Assembly (NCBI RefSeq): GCF_006345805.1
Contig: NC_043020.1
Coordinates: forward strand, 806,001-870,000
Reading direction: 5' to 3'
From: Octopus sinensis
Lineage: Eukaryota
Length of the DNA stretch: 64,000 bases
Positions 12,860 to 25,021 of the stretch are shown here, piece after piece. The translations under genes were made by a program, and so were the position numbers. The first letter of the stretch is position 1. Each line of letters opens with the position of its first letter. The notes beneath the pieces were generated by a model. That model searched no databases. It was not told where the DNA came from and saw only the letters and a program-made list of their open reading frames with translations.

Positions 12860-12908
<49 letters not shown>

Positions 12909-12945
12909 CAGGCAGATAGATAGACAGAGATAGATAGATAGATAT
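12404..12945 (+). repeat. (GATA)n/(GACA)n compound microsatellite
   Basis: Directly visible. Confidence 0.95.
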
Positions 12946-13527
12946 TTTTCTCTTATAATGTATGTAATCTTTGAATTTCTGTTTATCTGGCTAGATTTAC
13001 TTTACCTTTTCTTTTTGTAATTTTCCACTAGACGCATGTGTCATTCAGAACTACTAATGGCAAAGATTTTTGCTTTTCCCTTAGTTCCGCTATTTCATCG
13101 TATGAGCATAAATGGGATTGTTTCAGGCAAGATTGGACGTTTTGAGTGTTGTCAAAGCAATTGCACATTGCATTTCTTGTTTGCTGCATAACTTTCTTTC
13201 TGCAACCCGCGCTACTTAGAGAGTGGCAGTGGAACTTGGCATTAGTCAAGTTGATAAATACAAGCAGAGATTTATATCAACAGTATATCTGAGGGAAAAC
13301 ACTGCTGGTTTTTGCATATTTAATGCAAATATAGCAAGACCTCCAGGTATGTAACATAAGGAGTTGAAAATCTTGGATCAGCTGAGATTATGCTAAATAC
13401 TGTGATGAATGGACAGATTTAGTCATGGTGACAACCAGTGCTGAAGTAAAAACTGGTGAAATAGATACTAAATAACCATAGCTACTAGAATTCTTTCTTA
13501 TATAATGTCTTTCTTTCATTCATGCCT

Positions 13528-14308
13528 ATTTCTTTACTGCCCACGAGGGGCTAAACACAGAGATGACAAACAAGGACAGACAAACGAATAAAGTCGATTA
13601 TATCGACCCCAGTGCATAACTGGTACTTATTTAATCGACCCCGAAATGATGAAAGGCAAAGTCGACCTCGGCGGAATTTGAACTCAGAATGTAACGACAG
13701 ACAAAATACCTATTTCTTTTACTACCCACAAGGGGCTAAACACAGAGGGGACAAACAAGGACAGACAAACGGATAAAGTCGATTATATCGACCCCAGTGC
13801 ATAACTGGTACTTATTTAATCGACCCCGAAAGGATGAAAGGCAAAGTCGCCCTTAGCGGAATTTGAACTATGAACGTAGTGGCAGACGAAATACCTATTT
13901 CTTTTTTACCTTCAAGGGGCTAGACACAGAGAAGACAAACAAGGACAGACAAATGGATTAAGTCGATTATATCGACCCCAGTGCGTAACTGGTACTTATT
14001 TAATCGACCCCGAAAGGATGAAAGGCAAAGTCGACCTCGGCGGAATTTGAACTATGAACGTAGTGGCAGACGAAATACCTATTTCTTTACTAACCACAAG
14101 GGGCTAGACACAGAGAAGACAAACAAGGACAGACAAATGGATTAAGTCGATTATATCGACCCCAGTGCGTAACTGGTACTTATTTAATCGACCCGGAAAG
14201 GATGAATGGCGAAGTTGACCTCGGCGGAATTTGAACCCCGAACATAGCGGCAGGCGAAATACCGCTAAGCATTTCACCGGAGTGCTAACGATTCTGCCAG
14301 CTCGCCGC
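13528..14308 (-). mobile_element. SINE family B tetramer (one tRNA-like head plus 4 x ~184-bp units)
   Basis: Unit junctions fall at 13525, 13709, 13894, 14078 and 14262. It is flanked by ctttcattcat(g/a)cct at 13513-13527 and 14309-14323. Confidence 0.92.
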
Positions 14309-14880
14309 CTTTCATTCATACCTGTCAGGTTGCTTTTCTTCCAGCTATTTGATATTGTTCCTTGCTCCACCTCTATCTTTCTACTATTCTTTCCAAGCCT
14401 GTCTCTTGGCCTTTTCTGAAGCTTCCTCCATCATTAATGACCATGGATGAGGTTTCTAGATGTTCACTGGACTGGAGTAGTATTGTCTGTGGCTGAACAG
14501 TTTGGTACACGAATAACAGTCTCTTTCATACAAGCCACTCTTGCGGGTCGTCCCAGTGATGCTGGGACTAGTAACTTTTCATCTCTTGTGTTGATGCATA
14601 GGTGAGGCTGGAGTGTCCTCTCCAGTGTTTCGTCTAGTTCTATCTGTCCAATATAGGATGTTTGATATGATCCAAGCCTGGTGGAGGTGCATGGTTTAGT
14701 GGTAAGAGTGTTGGAATCGTAACTGTAAGATTGTGGTTTCAATTATTGGACAGTCCCCTCAGCTGGCAAAAATGAGCAATCCTGTGATGACCCAGCATCC
14801 TGTCCTAGGGGGAAATAATATATGTGCCACAGAAACTGGAAAACTGGCCCTCTGAGCCTGTATGACTCTGAAAGGATACT

Positions 14881-15272
14881 CTTTACACTTTTACTTGTTT
14901 CAGTCATTTGACTGTGGCCATGCTGGAGCACTGCCTTTAGTCAAGCAAATCGACCTCGGTACTTATTCTTTGTAAGCCCAGTACTTATTCTATCAGTTTC
15001 TTTTGCCGAACTGCTAAGTGATGGGGACGTAAACACACCAGCATCGGTTGTCAAGCAATGCTAGGGGGACAAACACAGACACACAAACATATACACACAT
15101 ACATATATACGACAGGCTTCTTTCAGTTTCCGTCTACCAAATCCACTCACAAGGCATTGGTCGGCCAAGGGCTATAGCAGAAGACACTTGCCCAAGATGC
15201 CACGCAGTGGGACTGAACCCGGAACCATGTGGTTGGTTAGCAAGCTACTTACCACACAGCCACTCCTGCGCC
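14881..15272 (-). mobile_element. SINE family A, full length
   Basis: It runs from the ggcgcaggagtggctgtgtggtaag head to the tgaaacaagtaaa tail. Confidence 0.9.
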
Positions 15273-15866
15273 TTTTTTATTTATTCAAGCTTGGGCCACA
15301 TGATATGAAGGACAGGTTGTTATCCATGAAGTGTGACCCTGCTCTCCACGTCACTGGCAAATCCAAAGGTACAGCATAGCTTTTGTGTGCCGTTCCACCA
15401 CCATGGCACTTTCTATCTCAGTGGAACCTTGTTCCATCTACTTACCACACAGCCACTCCTTGGCCTATATGTTCGTTAGTTTTAGAGACGGGGGGAAAAC
15501 TTCCTCACAATGGAGACTCTCGTTCCGTCTGATGTCAATTCTGACAGGTAGGCCAGTCGTACAGCGCTGTGTGTCGTCGTCTATCACGAGTTCCAAGCTG
15601 TTCTTGCTAATTATTTCAATGTTTTCTGAGAACGGCAGAGCAGGGGGCGGGGGGGTGGGGGGGAGAGGGAGGGAGAAATATGGCTGATGTATGCACATCT
15701 TGTTATTCAAATATAATCAACATACAAATCATGTCTCCTTCTTCAGACATGATCATTATCATACAAGTGGGCATCACCATCATCATCAACATCATAGTCA
15801 TCACCATCATCATTGTCATCATAGTTATCATCATCATCATCATTATGGTTATCATAATCATGGTCG

Positions 15867-15897
<31 letters not shown>

Positions 15898-15957
15898 AAG
15901 GCACGCTACCAACATTTGCATCTTGTGAAATTTAAAGAAATAGCAGTATTTTAAATT

Positions 15958-16117
15958 AGTTTCTTCTTCTTCTTCTTCTCTTCTTCTTTTCTTTTTCCTC
16001 TTCTTCTTCGTCTTCTCCTTCTCCTTCTTCTTCTTCTTCTTCTTCTTCTTCTCCTTTGTCTTCTTCTCCATCTTTCTTCTTCTTCTTCTTCTTCTCCATC
16101 TTCTTTTTCTTCTCCTT

Positions 16118-16148
<31 letters not shown>

Positions 16149-16215
16149 TTCTTCTTCTTCTTCACCAGCTTCTTCTCCATCTTCTTCTTCTTCTTCATCT
16201 CCTCCCCCTCCTCTT
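15958..16215 (+). repeat. (TTC)n polypyrimidine tract
   Basis: Directly visible. Confidence 0.95.
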
Positions 16216-17314
16216 CCACCAATGTATTAAGTCTTTCAGATTTCTATTGATCCTATTTCGTTGTCAAGAAGAAATACAGCAACAACAACAAAACAACAAC
16301 AACAACAACAGCACAAACCAAAAAAAAGGAAAAACAAAACAAAAAAAAAAAGAAAAGAATGAATGAACGAATGAGACAGAGACAGACATTATATTATATA
16401 AGGAAGAATTCTTGTAGCTATGACTAATTAGTGCCTATTTCACTAGTTCACCATCGGTTCTGGTTGTCTCCACGACTGAATTAACCTGTTCATTTGTCAC
16501 AGTTGGTATTTAAAGACACATAAAGCCACACTCTCCTCTCTCTCTGACTCGAATCTCATCGTTACATTCTGTTTACGCATTACGACAGATTATTGTGTGT
16601 TCTAATTAATATGTTTGGTCACGATCTGCCACTGAGTCCCTTTTGATACCGACTACCCCCCATCATCATCATCATCATCACCATCATCGTCGTCGTCGTT
16701 GTTGTTGTTGTTGTTGTTGTCGTCGTAGTCATCGGGGGTTTTCTGTTCTGGTACAGTTTCAACGTAGCAAACATTGGGGCACTTCTTGTTCAACCCCGCC
16801 CGCCATCCCCCTGACCAACAACTGCTAATCGTCTACAAAGGCTCTCGGATGAAGCCCATGACGGAGTATATTGTTCCTGCTTCTGGGACACTACTGTTAC
16901 TACTACTACTACTACTAACATCCCTAAACAACTTTGCTTTTTCCACCTTTGAGAAAATGCTGCCAGACTGATTGATGTGACGTCATCAGCCATACTCCAG
17001 CCTCTGGCCTACACACTTGCTATCCACGTTCTCTTGACCTCTTCTTCTTCTTCCTTTTCTTCTTCACCTCCTTTTTCTTCTTCATCTTCTTCACCTTCAT
17101 TTTCTTCACTTTCTTCTTCACCTCCTTTAATATATATATTATATATATATATTGCAAATGAGGGTAGCTATATCAAACTCCATTCTTCACCATGTGCCAC
17201 ATATTAGAGGAGGCTCTTAGTAACAACAGTGTTGCACAAAACGGTAGTGCATCTGCATGGCCACAGCTCTGAGCTGAAACTAGAAAAAAGAAAAAGAAGA
17301 AAATACTTATATAC

Positions 17315-17348
<34 letters not shown>

Positions 17349-17374
17349 CTATATATATATATATATATATATAT

Positions 17375-17560
17375 ATGCCCTTCCTAACGCCAACCACTAC
17401 ACTCACGGAGTGGTTGGCGTTAGGAAGGGCATCCAGCCGTAGAAACACTGCCAAATCTGACTGGGCTGATGAAGCCTTCCGGCTTCACAGACCCCAGTTA
17501 AACCGTCCAACCCATGCTAGCATGGAAAACGGACGCTAAATGATGATGATGATGATGATA
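17375..17560 (+). mobile_element. SINE family C 3' part
   Basis: ccactacactcacggagtggttggcgttaggaagggcatcc...(GAT)n. Confidence 0.85.
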
Positions 17561-17567
17561 TATATAT

Positions 17568-17613
<46 letters not shown>

Positions 17614-18010
17614 TTTAAGTTTATCTCTACAGATTTTCTATAGAATTTAGAGTGAGAGAGTTACAATGTTTCATATAGGAATACATGTGCATAAGCAATG
17701 TGATCAAAGATCGAAAAATAGGTATTTACCTATCTTTCTATCTTTGATCACATTTCTCACAAAGACGTATTCATATACAAAACACCATAACCTTCAGTGT
17801 TGACTCTAAACTCTGTAGGAAATCGGTGGAGATAAGCATAAAAGTGATTATATCGCATAGTTAATACAAAAAGTAGGACACAGTATTGACTTATAAATCT
17901 TTAATATATTTGGTCATTTATTACGGTTGCAAAATGAAATACAGCATTCCTACCTGCAATTTATATATATATATTATAGGCACAGGCCATGGTTGTGAGG
18001 TAAGAAGCTT

Positions 18011-18427
18011 GTGTGGTAAGGCGGCGAGCTGGCAGAAACGTTAGTGCGCCGTGTGAAATGCTTATTGGTATTTCGTCTGCCGTTATGTTCTGAGTTCAAA
18101 TTCCGTCGAGGTCGATTTTGCCTTTCATCCTTTCAGGGTTGATTAAATAAGTACCAGTTACACACTGGGGTCGATGTAAGTCGACTTAATCCATTTGTCT
18201 GTCCTTGTTTTTCCCCTCTGTGTTTAACCCTTTGTGGGTAGTAAAGAAATAGGTATTTCATCTGCTGTTACTTTCTGAGTTCAAATTCCACCGAGGTCGA
18301 CTTTGCCTTTCATCCTTTTGGGGTCGATAATAAGTACAAGTCACACACTGGGGTTGATGTAATCGACTTAATCCCTTTGTCCTTGTTTGTCCCTTCTATG
18401 TTTAGCCCCTTGTGAGCAATAAAGAAA
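18011..18427 (+). mobile_element. SINE family B dimer inserted in the head of a family A SINE (A spans ~17975-18810)
   Basis: The TSD taagaagctt occurs at 18001-18010 and 18428-18437, and the internal junction aaagaaata|ggtatttc is near 18250. Confidence 0.88.
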
Positions 18428-20638
18428 TAAGAAGCTTACTTCCCAACCACATGGTTCCAGGTTCAATCCCACTGCATGATACCTTGGGCAGGTATATTCT
18501 ACTATTACCTCAGGCTGACAGAAGCCTTGTAAGTGGATTTGGTTGATGGAAACTGAAAGAAGCCCATCATATATATGTATGTGTGCATGTGTGTGTGTGG
18601 GGGGTATCTATGTGTGTCTTTGTGTATGTGTGTCACCTCACCCACCACTTGACAACTGGTGTTGGTGTGTTAGCAGTTCAGCAAAAGAGATTGATAGAAT
18701 AAGTACTAGGTTTAAAAAATACGTCCTGGTGTTGATTTGTTTAACTAAAATCCTTGAAGGCGGTGCTCCAGCATGGCCACAGTCAGATGACTGAAACAAA
18801 AGAATAAAAGAATGTGTGTGTGTATGTGTGTGTATTTGCCAAATCAGGCTGAAACCTGGGTGCAGCTCTCTGGCTTGCTGGCTCTAATCAAACCCTCCAA
18901 CCCATATCAGTGTGGCTGTTTGTCCTCCTTGCTGCTTGACAACCAGTGTTGGTGTGTTTACATCCGTATAATGTATAATGGTTAGGCAAAAGAGACCAGA
19001 ATAAGTATTACATTTTAAAAGATAATTACTGGAGCTGGTTTGTTTGACTTAGACTCCAGCACGGCTGCTCTCCAATGACTGAAACCAGCTAAAGATAAAA
19101 AGGATAAGATAAAACGTGTTCAAATGAGAATGAAACTGTACAATTAATTAGATGAAATTCAAAAAAATCCAGACCGAAACTCCTTCAATAAATCTATCGT
19201 TAGAAATAGCTTCTTTCCTTTCATTCTTTCTTTCTTTTTTTTTTCTTTTTTTTGTTGGTATTTTAACAAAAAAGGCTTCAATCAGATTCTTGTCTTAAGA
19301 AGTCTTCTTTCTAGTGAACTAGCAATTCTTGATTGCTCTGTAATTATTCCGTGATTTTTAATGATTAAATAGGTCAGGCTGAATTTTAATCTGGCTCTTT
19401 TTCTTGCAGGAAAGCAAAAAAAAAAAAAAATGTTTGATAAATTTCATGTTCTTAAAAGCTGACTCATTACATGATGTCGTTATTTGACATTCATCATCAT
19501 CATTGCATTGTTATCATTGACATCATCATCATCATCACTGTCATTATCACTATCGTCGTCATCATCATCTCTGTCATCATTGTCGCTGTCAACACTGTTG
19601 TCATCATCATCATCATCATCTTTGCTTTTCCTTGCTGGGTTGGGTTGGATGGGTTGCACAACAGCTCGCGGTTGTGTTTCCTCTGGTACGCACAGCAACA
19701 AAGAAAACTACCAACTTTTGTTGCTATGTACGTACTTCTTATTGTGTACGTGAGGTGGGGTGCATTATTGACCAGATACCCTTCATATCAACAATCAGTT
19801 TACTGTTTGGGTTTAGTGAATGTTACCATACCTATTTCTTTACTACCCACAAGGGGCTAAACACAGAGAGGACAAACAAGGACAGACAAACGGATTAAGT
19901 CAATTATATCGACCCCAGTGTGTGACTGGTATTTATTTAATCAACCCTGAAAGGATGAAAGGCAAAGTCGACTTCAGCGATTTATCTTTTTTCTTTATCC
20001 AGAAGTCTTTTAGGAAGCTGTGTACCTTGCTGGAAATAGAAACCAAAGCTACTTCCAAATTACACATTAGTTCTGTATACACACGATACTGTTCAAAAGC
20101 AAGTCAGGATGGTCACAGCTGGAATGCCTTTGATCCTTTAATCACAGGTCTGCTATGTCATATCATACTCACTGCATTTTTTCCCTTTTAGCCTCTCTTT
20201 CCATTTCAGTTCTGTAACCAATGTCTGTGGTTGCACCCACACCATATATCATAGTTTTGTAGTTCTTCATACAACAAACAGTTATGTTGAAGAACGCTGA
20301 AGCTGATCTCTTTGTTGTTCCTGCCAACAGTTCTTTAATCACCAGCCGACCATTACCAAATTAGCATCAATGTGCAACTGATGTCTTTCCTGCAAACATC
20401 TTGCACCATTTCGCTTTCCTTATCTCAGCTACTACCATTTAACTTTCAACCAAACATTTTCCGTAAGTCTATTTAGCAGGGCCCTCTCTCTCTCTCTCAC
20501 AGACACACACACACACACACACTCACACATAAACACATAATGATTTCTCAATGGTGTTGTTTACATACTGGAATTATTAGCTGAAAACGAACTTGGCTTT
20601 TTCTCGTTGGCAAAGTTTAGCATTCCACTTTAGACACA

Positions 20639-20711
<73 letters not shown>

Positions 20712-21299
20712 CACACACACACACACACACACACACACCACACACACACACAGAGTGACTCACACATAAACACATAATGATTTATCAATGGTGTTGTTTA
20801 CATACTGGAATTATTAGCTGAAAACGAACTTGGCTTTTTCCTCGTTGGCAAAGTTTAGCAATTCCACTTTTAGTCAAAACGCAAACCTCCAGCTACGAAC
20901 AATGGCCATGCAGAAATCTATATATCAAATGACATTGGAGGAAAAAGGAAATGAATAACGCAAGTAAAAATGAAAATGACATTTTCTTTGTAGTTGGGTT
21001 TGAAAGCAAAATGGTGAAGGTATGTGCAACGGGGTGGAAGGCAATTTATTTTGTTCTGTCTGTCTGTCTTTCTGTCCACTTTTCTTTCCTTCGCTTCTCT
21101 AGGGAAGAATGAGTGACTTGAAAAGGTAACCACTGACATTTTCATTACTAGTATGTAATAGAACATGAGACCGATTTGTAGTGGAAATTCCACCAATGAG
21201 CAGCAGAAATGCCGGAATGGAATCGTAAACATCACCTGCTTCGCTTTTTCCCTGTTGCAACAGCATCGGTAGGCTTTGTATTGCTTCGGAGTGGAGAGG

Positions 21300-21800
21300 G
21301 CGAGAAGGGGGGGGAGGCTGAGAATGAGGGATATGGATAGAGAGGGGCGGTGCGAAGGAGAAATAGAGAGGGCAGAGAGAGAGAGGAGAGGGAGGGAGAG
21401 AAACAGAGAGAGAGAGAAAAGAGAAAGGAACAGAGAGGGGGAGGGAGAGAAACAGAGAGGGGAGAGAGAAAGAAACAAAGAAATAGAAGTGCAGAGAGAG
21501 AGAGAAAAACAGAGGGTTAGAGAGAAAGAGAAAGGAACAGAGAGGAGTAGAGAGGGGGAGAGAGAAAGAAATAAAGAAATTGACGTTCAGAGAGAGAGAG
21601 AGAAACAGAGGGGAGAGAGAATGAAAGAAATAGAAGTGCAGAGAGAGAGGGAGAAAAACAGAGGGTTAGAGAGAAAGAGAAAGATAGAGGAACAGAGAAG
21701 AGTAGAGAGAGAGGGGGCACAGTGAGTGAGAGAGAGAGAGAGAAAGGTAGAAAGAGAGATAGATTGAAAGTGGGGAGAAGAGGGAGAGAGAGAAATAGGA
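21300..21800 (+). repeat. GA-rich polypurine tract with ~110-120-bp higher-order repeat
   Basis: The block aaagaaatagaagtgcagagagagag.gagaaaaacagagggttagagagaaagaga recurs. Confidence 0.85.
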
Positions 21801-22123
21801 AGTTACCTCTTACGTATGTTGTAAATGTGAAAAGGAATTGTTACATTCTTTTTTGAAAGTCCACCTGCCTTTCAGAATGGAGAGAATACAGAATTCTTTG
21901 ATGGTGCAACATATTTACAAGCAAAAGTATTGTACATTTGTATTTTCTCTGTTTTAACCTCTCGTTCAGAGCTTCGTTAAAATAAGAGACCAGAATCACC
22001 TGCATTTGTGTCAAATATCCTAAGACTGTTTTACTACATGAAGGGGGTTTTAAATGTTAAAACTACCTCTTGTTCAGATGTTAATTAAAATACAAAAAAC
22101 AGAGCCCCCTGTATTTGCACTGA

Positions 22124-22835
22124 ATCCATGCTAGCATGGGTTGGACTGTTCAACTGGGGTCTGGGAAGACAGAAGGCTTGACCAGGCCCAGTCTGAACTG
22201 GCAGTGTTTCTACAGCTGGATGCCCTTCCTAACGCCAACCACTCCGTGAGTGTAGTGGGTGCTTTTTACGTACCACCGGCACAGGTGCCAGCCGAGGCTG
22301 GCAAATGGCCGTGATCGGATGGTGCTTTTTACGTGCCACCAGCACAGGTGCCAGACGAGGCTGGCAAACAGCCACGATCGGATGGTGCTTTTTACGTACC
22401 ACTGGCACAGGTGCCAGACGAGGCTGGCAAACACCCACGATCGGATGGTGCTCTTTACGTACCACCGGCACGGGTGCCAGACGAGGCTGGCAAACGGCCA
22501 CAGTCGGATGGTGCTTTTTACGTACCACCGGCACAGGTGCCAGACGAGGCTGGCAAACAGCCACGGTCGGATGGTGCTTTTTACGTACCACCGGCACAGG
22601 TGCCAGACGAGGCTGGCAAACGGCCACGGTCAGATGGTGCTTTTTATGTACCACCGGCACAGGTGCTAGACGAGGCTGGCAAACGGCCATGATCGGATGG
22701 TGCTTTTTACGTACCACCAGCACAGGTGCCAGATGAGGCCGGCAAACGGCCACGATCGGATGGTGCTTTTTACGTACCACCGGCACAGGTGCCAGACAAG
22801 GCTGGCAAACGGCCACGGTCGGATGGTGCTTTTTA
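22124..22835 (-). mobile_element. SINE family C with nine homogeneous 63-bp internal repeats
   Basis: gctttttacg starts at 22261, 22324, 22387 and so on to 22828 (9 x 63 bp). Confidence 0.92.
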
Positions 22836-22966
22836 TTTCATCACATGAAAGGTGTTTGAAATATTAAAATGAATTTCATTCAGATCTTAATTAAAATACA
22901 AGAAGAGGTTCGTCTGCATTTGTGCTGAATCTTAAGACTTTGTTTCCCTGCATGAACATATTTTAA

Positions 22967-23603
22967 CCCTTTAGTGTTTAAACTGACTGTATCCGGCCCA
23001 AATATTCTACGCATTTTATGCTCAAACTGGCCAGAACATGCATCTCACACCTACCCAGCAATGTCACTCCAAAAATAAGCAATTACATCTTTCCTATCTT
23101 GAAGGTACAAAATAATATCAGATAAATTTTTTTAAATGTGAATAAATGTGAATAGGCGCAGGAGTGGCTGTGTGGTAAGTAGCTTGCTAACCAGCCACAT
23201 GGTTCTGGGTTCAGTCCCACTGCGTGGCATCTTGGGCAAGTGCCTTCTGCTATGGCCTCGAGCCGACCAAAGCCTTGTGAGTGGATTTGGTAGACGGAAA
23301 CTGGAAGAAACCTGTCATATATATGTATGTATATGTGTGTGTGTATATATTTGTGTGGCTGTGTTTGTCCCCACAACCTCGCTTGACAACCGATGCTGGT
23401 GTGTTTACGTCTCCGTTACTTAGCGGTTCGGCAAAAGAGACCGATAGAATAAGTACTGGGCTTCCAAAGAATAAGTCCCGGGGTCGATTTGCTCGACTAA
23501 AGGCGGTGCTCCAGCATGGCCACAGTCAAATGACTGAAACAAGTAAAAGAGTAAAAGAGTAAATAAGGATTACTTTTGACAAATTAATCTGAACGCTAAA
23601 GGG
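22967..23603. mobile_element. piggyBac-like MITE (TTAA TSD) with a nested family A SINE at 23155-23560; diverged partial copy inverted at ~42200-42330
   Basis: The structure is TTAA|CCCTTTAGtgttt ... gaacgCTAAAGGG|TTAA. CCC/GGG termini with a TTAA TSD are characteristic of piggyBac. Confidence 0.85.
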
Positions 23604-23711
23604 TTAAATACTAGACTTGCAGTTTGGTTGGGTCATTGCGCCACCAGCCTCCCAAACTCCATAATCATTAATGCATTAGCTTCAATCATTCTTGCCAGCT
23701 TAGTTTTCATC

Positions 23712-23945
23712 TGACTTAGCAAAATGGCAGAACCGTTAGCACGCTGGGTGAAATGCATAGCTATATTTCATCTGCCGTTACGTTCTGAGTTCAAATTCCG
23801 CCGAGGTCGACTTTGCCTTTCATCCTTTCGGGGTCGATAAATCAAGTACCAGTTTCGCACTGGGGTCGATGTAATTGAGTTAATCCCTTTGTCTGTCCTT
23901 GTTTGTCTGTCCTATGTTTAGCCCCTTGTGGGCAATAAAGAAATA
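23712..23945 (+). mobile_element. SINE family B monomer
   Basis: It has a tggcagaaccgttagcacg head, a gagttcaaattcc B box and a gtgggcaataaagaaata end. Confidence 0.85.
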
Positions 23946-25021
23946 TATTGTGGTCTTGGGTTCTATCCCATTGCATGGAACCTTGGAAAAGCGTCTTCAA
24001 TAACCTCAGGTTGACCAAAGCCTTGTGAGTGGATTTGGTAGATGGAAACTGAAAGAAGCCTGTTCTTTTCTCTCTGTGTGTTTGTCCCTAATCCCACAAC
24101 TTGAGAACCAATGTTAGTTTCTTTACATCCCTGCAACTTAACAGTTCAGCAAAAGAGACCAGTGGAATATGATCGCAGTCCAATGGACTGAAACAAGTGA
24201 AAAGTTAAAGACAAAAATGTCAACTTATTTAACAGCAACAGAGACAGACTACAAAGAAGCAAGCCTGTAGTCTACCACTTTTTTCTGATCAACTAGTCCA
24301 GCCATGACCATCCTAACTTGTTTTTTGAATATAGTGTATGCTAGAAAACAGTACCTAGCAGGTCCTTTTTTTATTTAGTAAAATTTTCTTTTTAATCACC
24401 CAACTGGTCAACAAAATCTTGGCCTTCCTCTATACACTTTTTATGCAGCTTTTTCTTTCTTTCTTTCTTTTTTTTTTGCGAAACATTGTACATCATATGT
24501 GTCATCAGATACAGTATGTTTGTCTGTTAATGATCCAACCAGAATCCGAAGAATACTTTACCAAGTAAAGAAATATCATAAAACTTACCGTTATTTGATT
24601 TAACACCTTTGAACTGTGGTTCAATCAATCGAGGTGGTTATATAGAAATCATTCTTTACATCACCTCCATACTTCAAGCATGGTGCTGATGCAATGGGAA
24701 TTATCCATTTCCTCAATAAGTTCTTCTGTAAAATGCCCCTCTATTGGCAAAGGTCTGCGAAATGCTTCATCCATTACTTGAAACACCCTCAGCATCACTG
24801 ACTTTTGTTCTTTTATCTTTTACTTGTCTCTGGCATCAGACTGCAGCCATGCTGGAGCACCACCTTGAGGGGTTTAGTCAAGGAAATCAAGCCCAGTATT
24901 TATTTTTTTACTTATTCTATTGGTCTGTTTTGCCAAACCATCAAATTACAGGGACAAACATAAACACACATACAAATACACACACACACACACACACACA
25001 CACATATGACAGGTTTCTTTC

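Noticed and set aside
13028-13249. Cys-containing minus-strand ORF
   Set aside because: It is 73 aa with no zinc-finger spacing or other recognisable motif, and within the range expected by chance.
16790-16993. Minus-strand ORF MADDVTSIS... as a nested gene
   Set aside because: It is 67 aa, its hydrophobic stretch comes from a (TAG)n microsatellite, and I found no recognisable homology or supporting exon structure.
22229-22816. CRISPR-like array or 21-aa repeat protein
   Set aside because: The repeats are contiguous 63-bp units with no unique spacers, there are no cas genes, and the array sits inside a SINE in eukaryotic DNA.
24585-24800. Exon-like minus-strand segment ending at a GTAAGT donor
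   Set aside because: All three frames contain stops before the donor and the upstream side abuts a SINE tail. It is more likely an unidentified decayed element.
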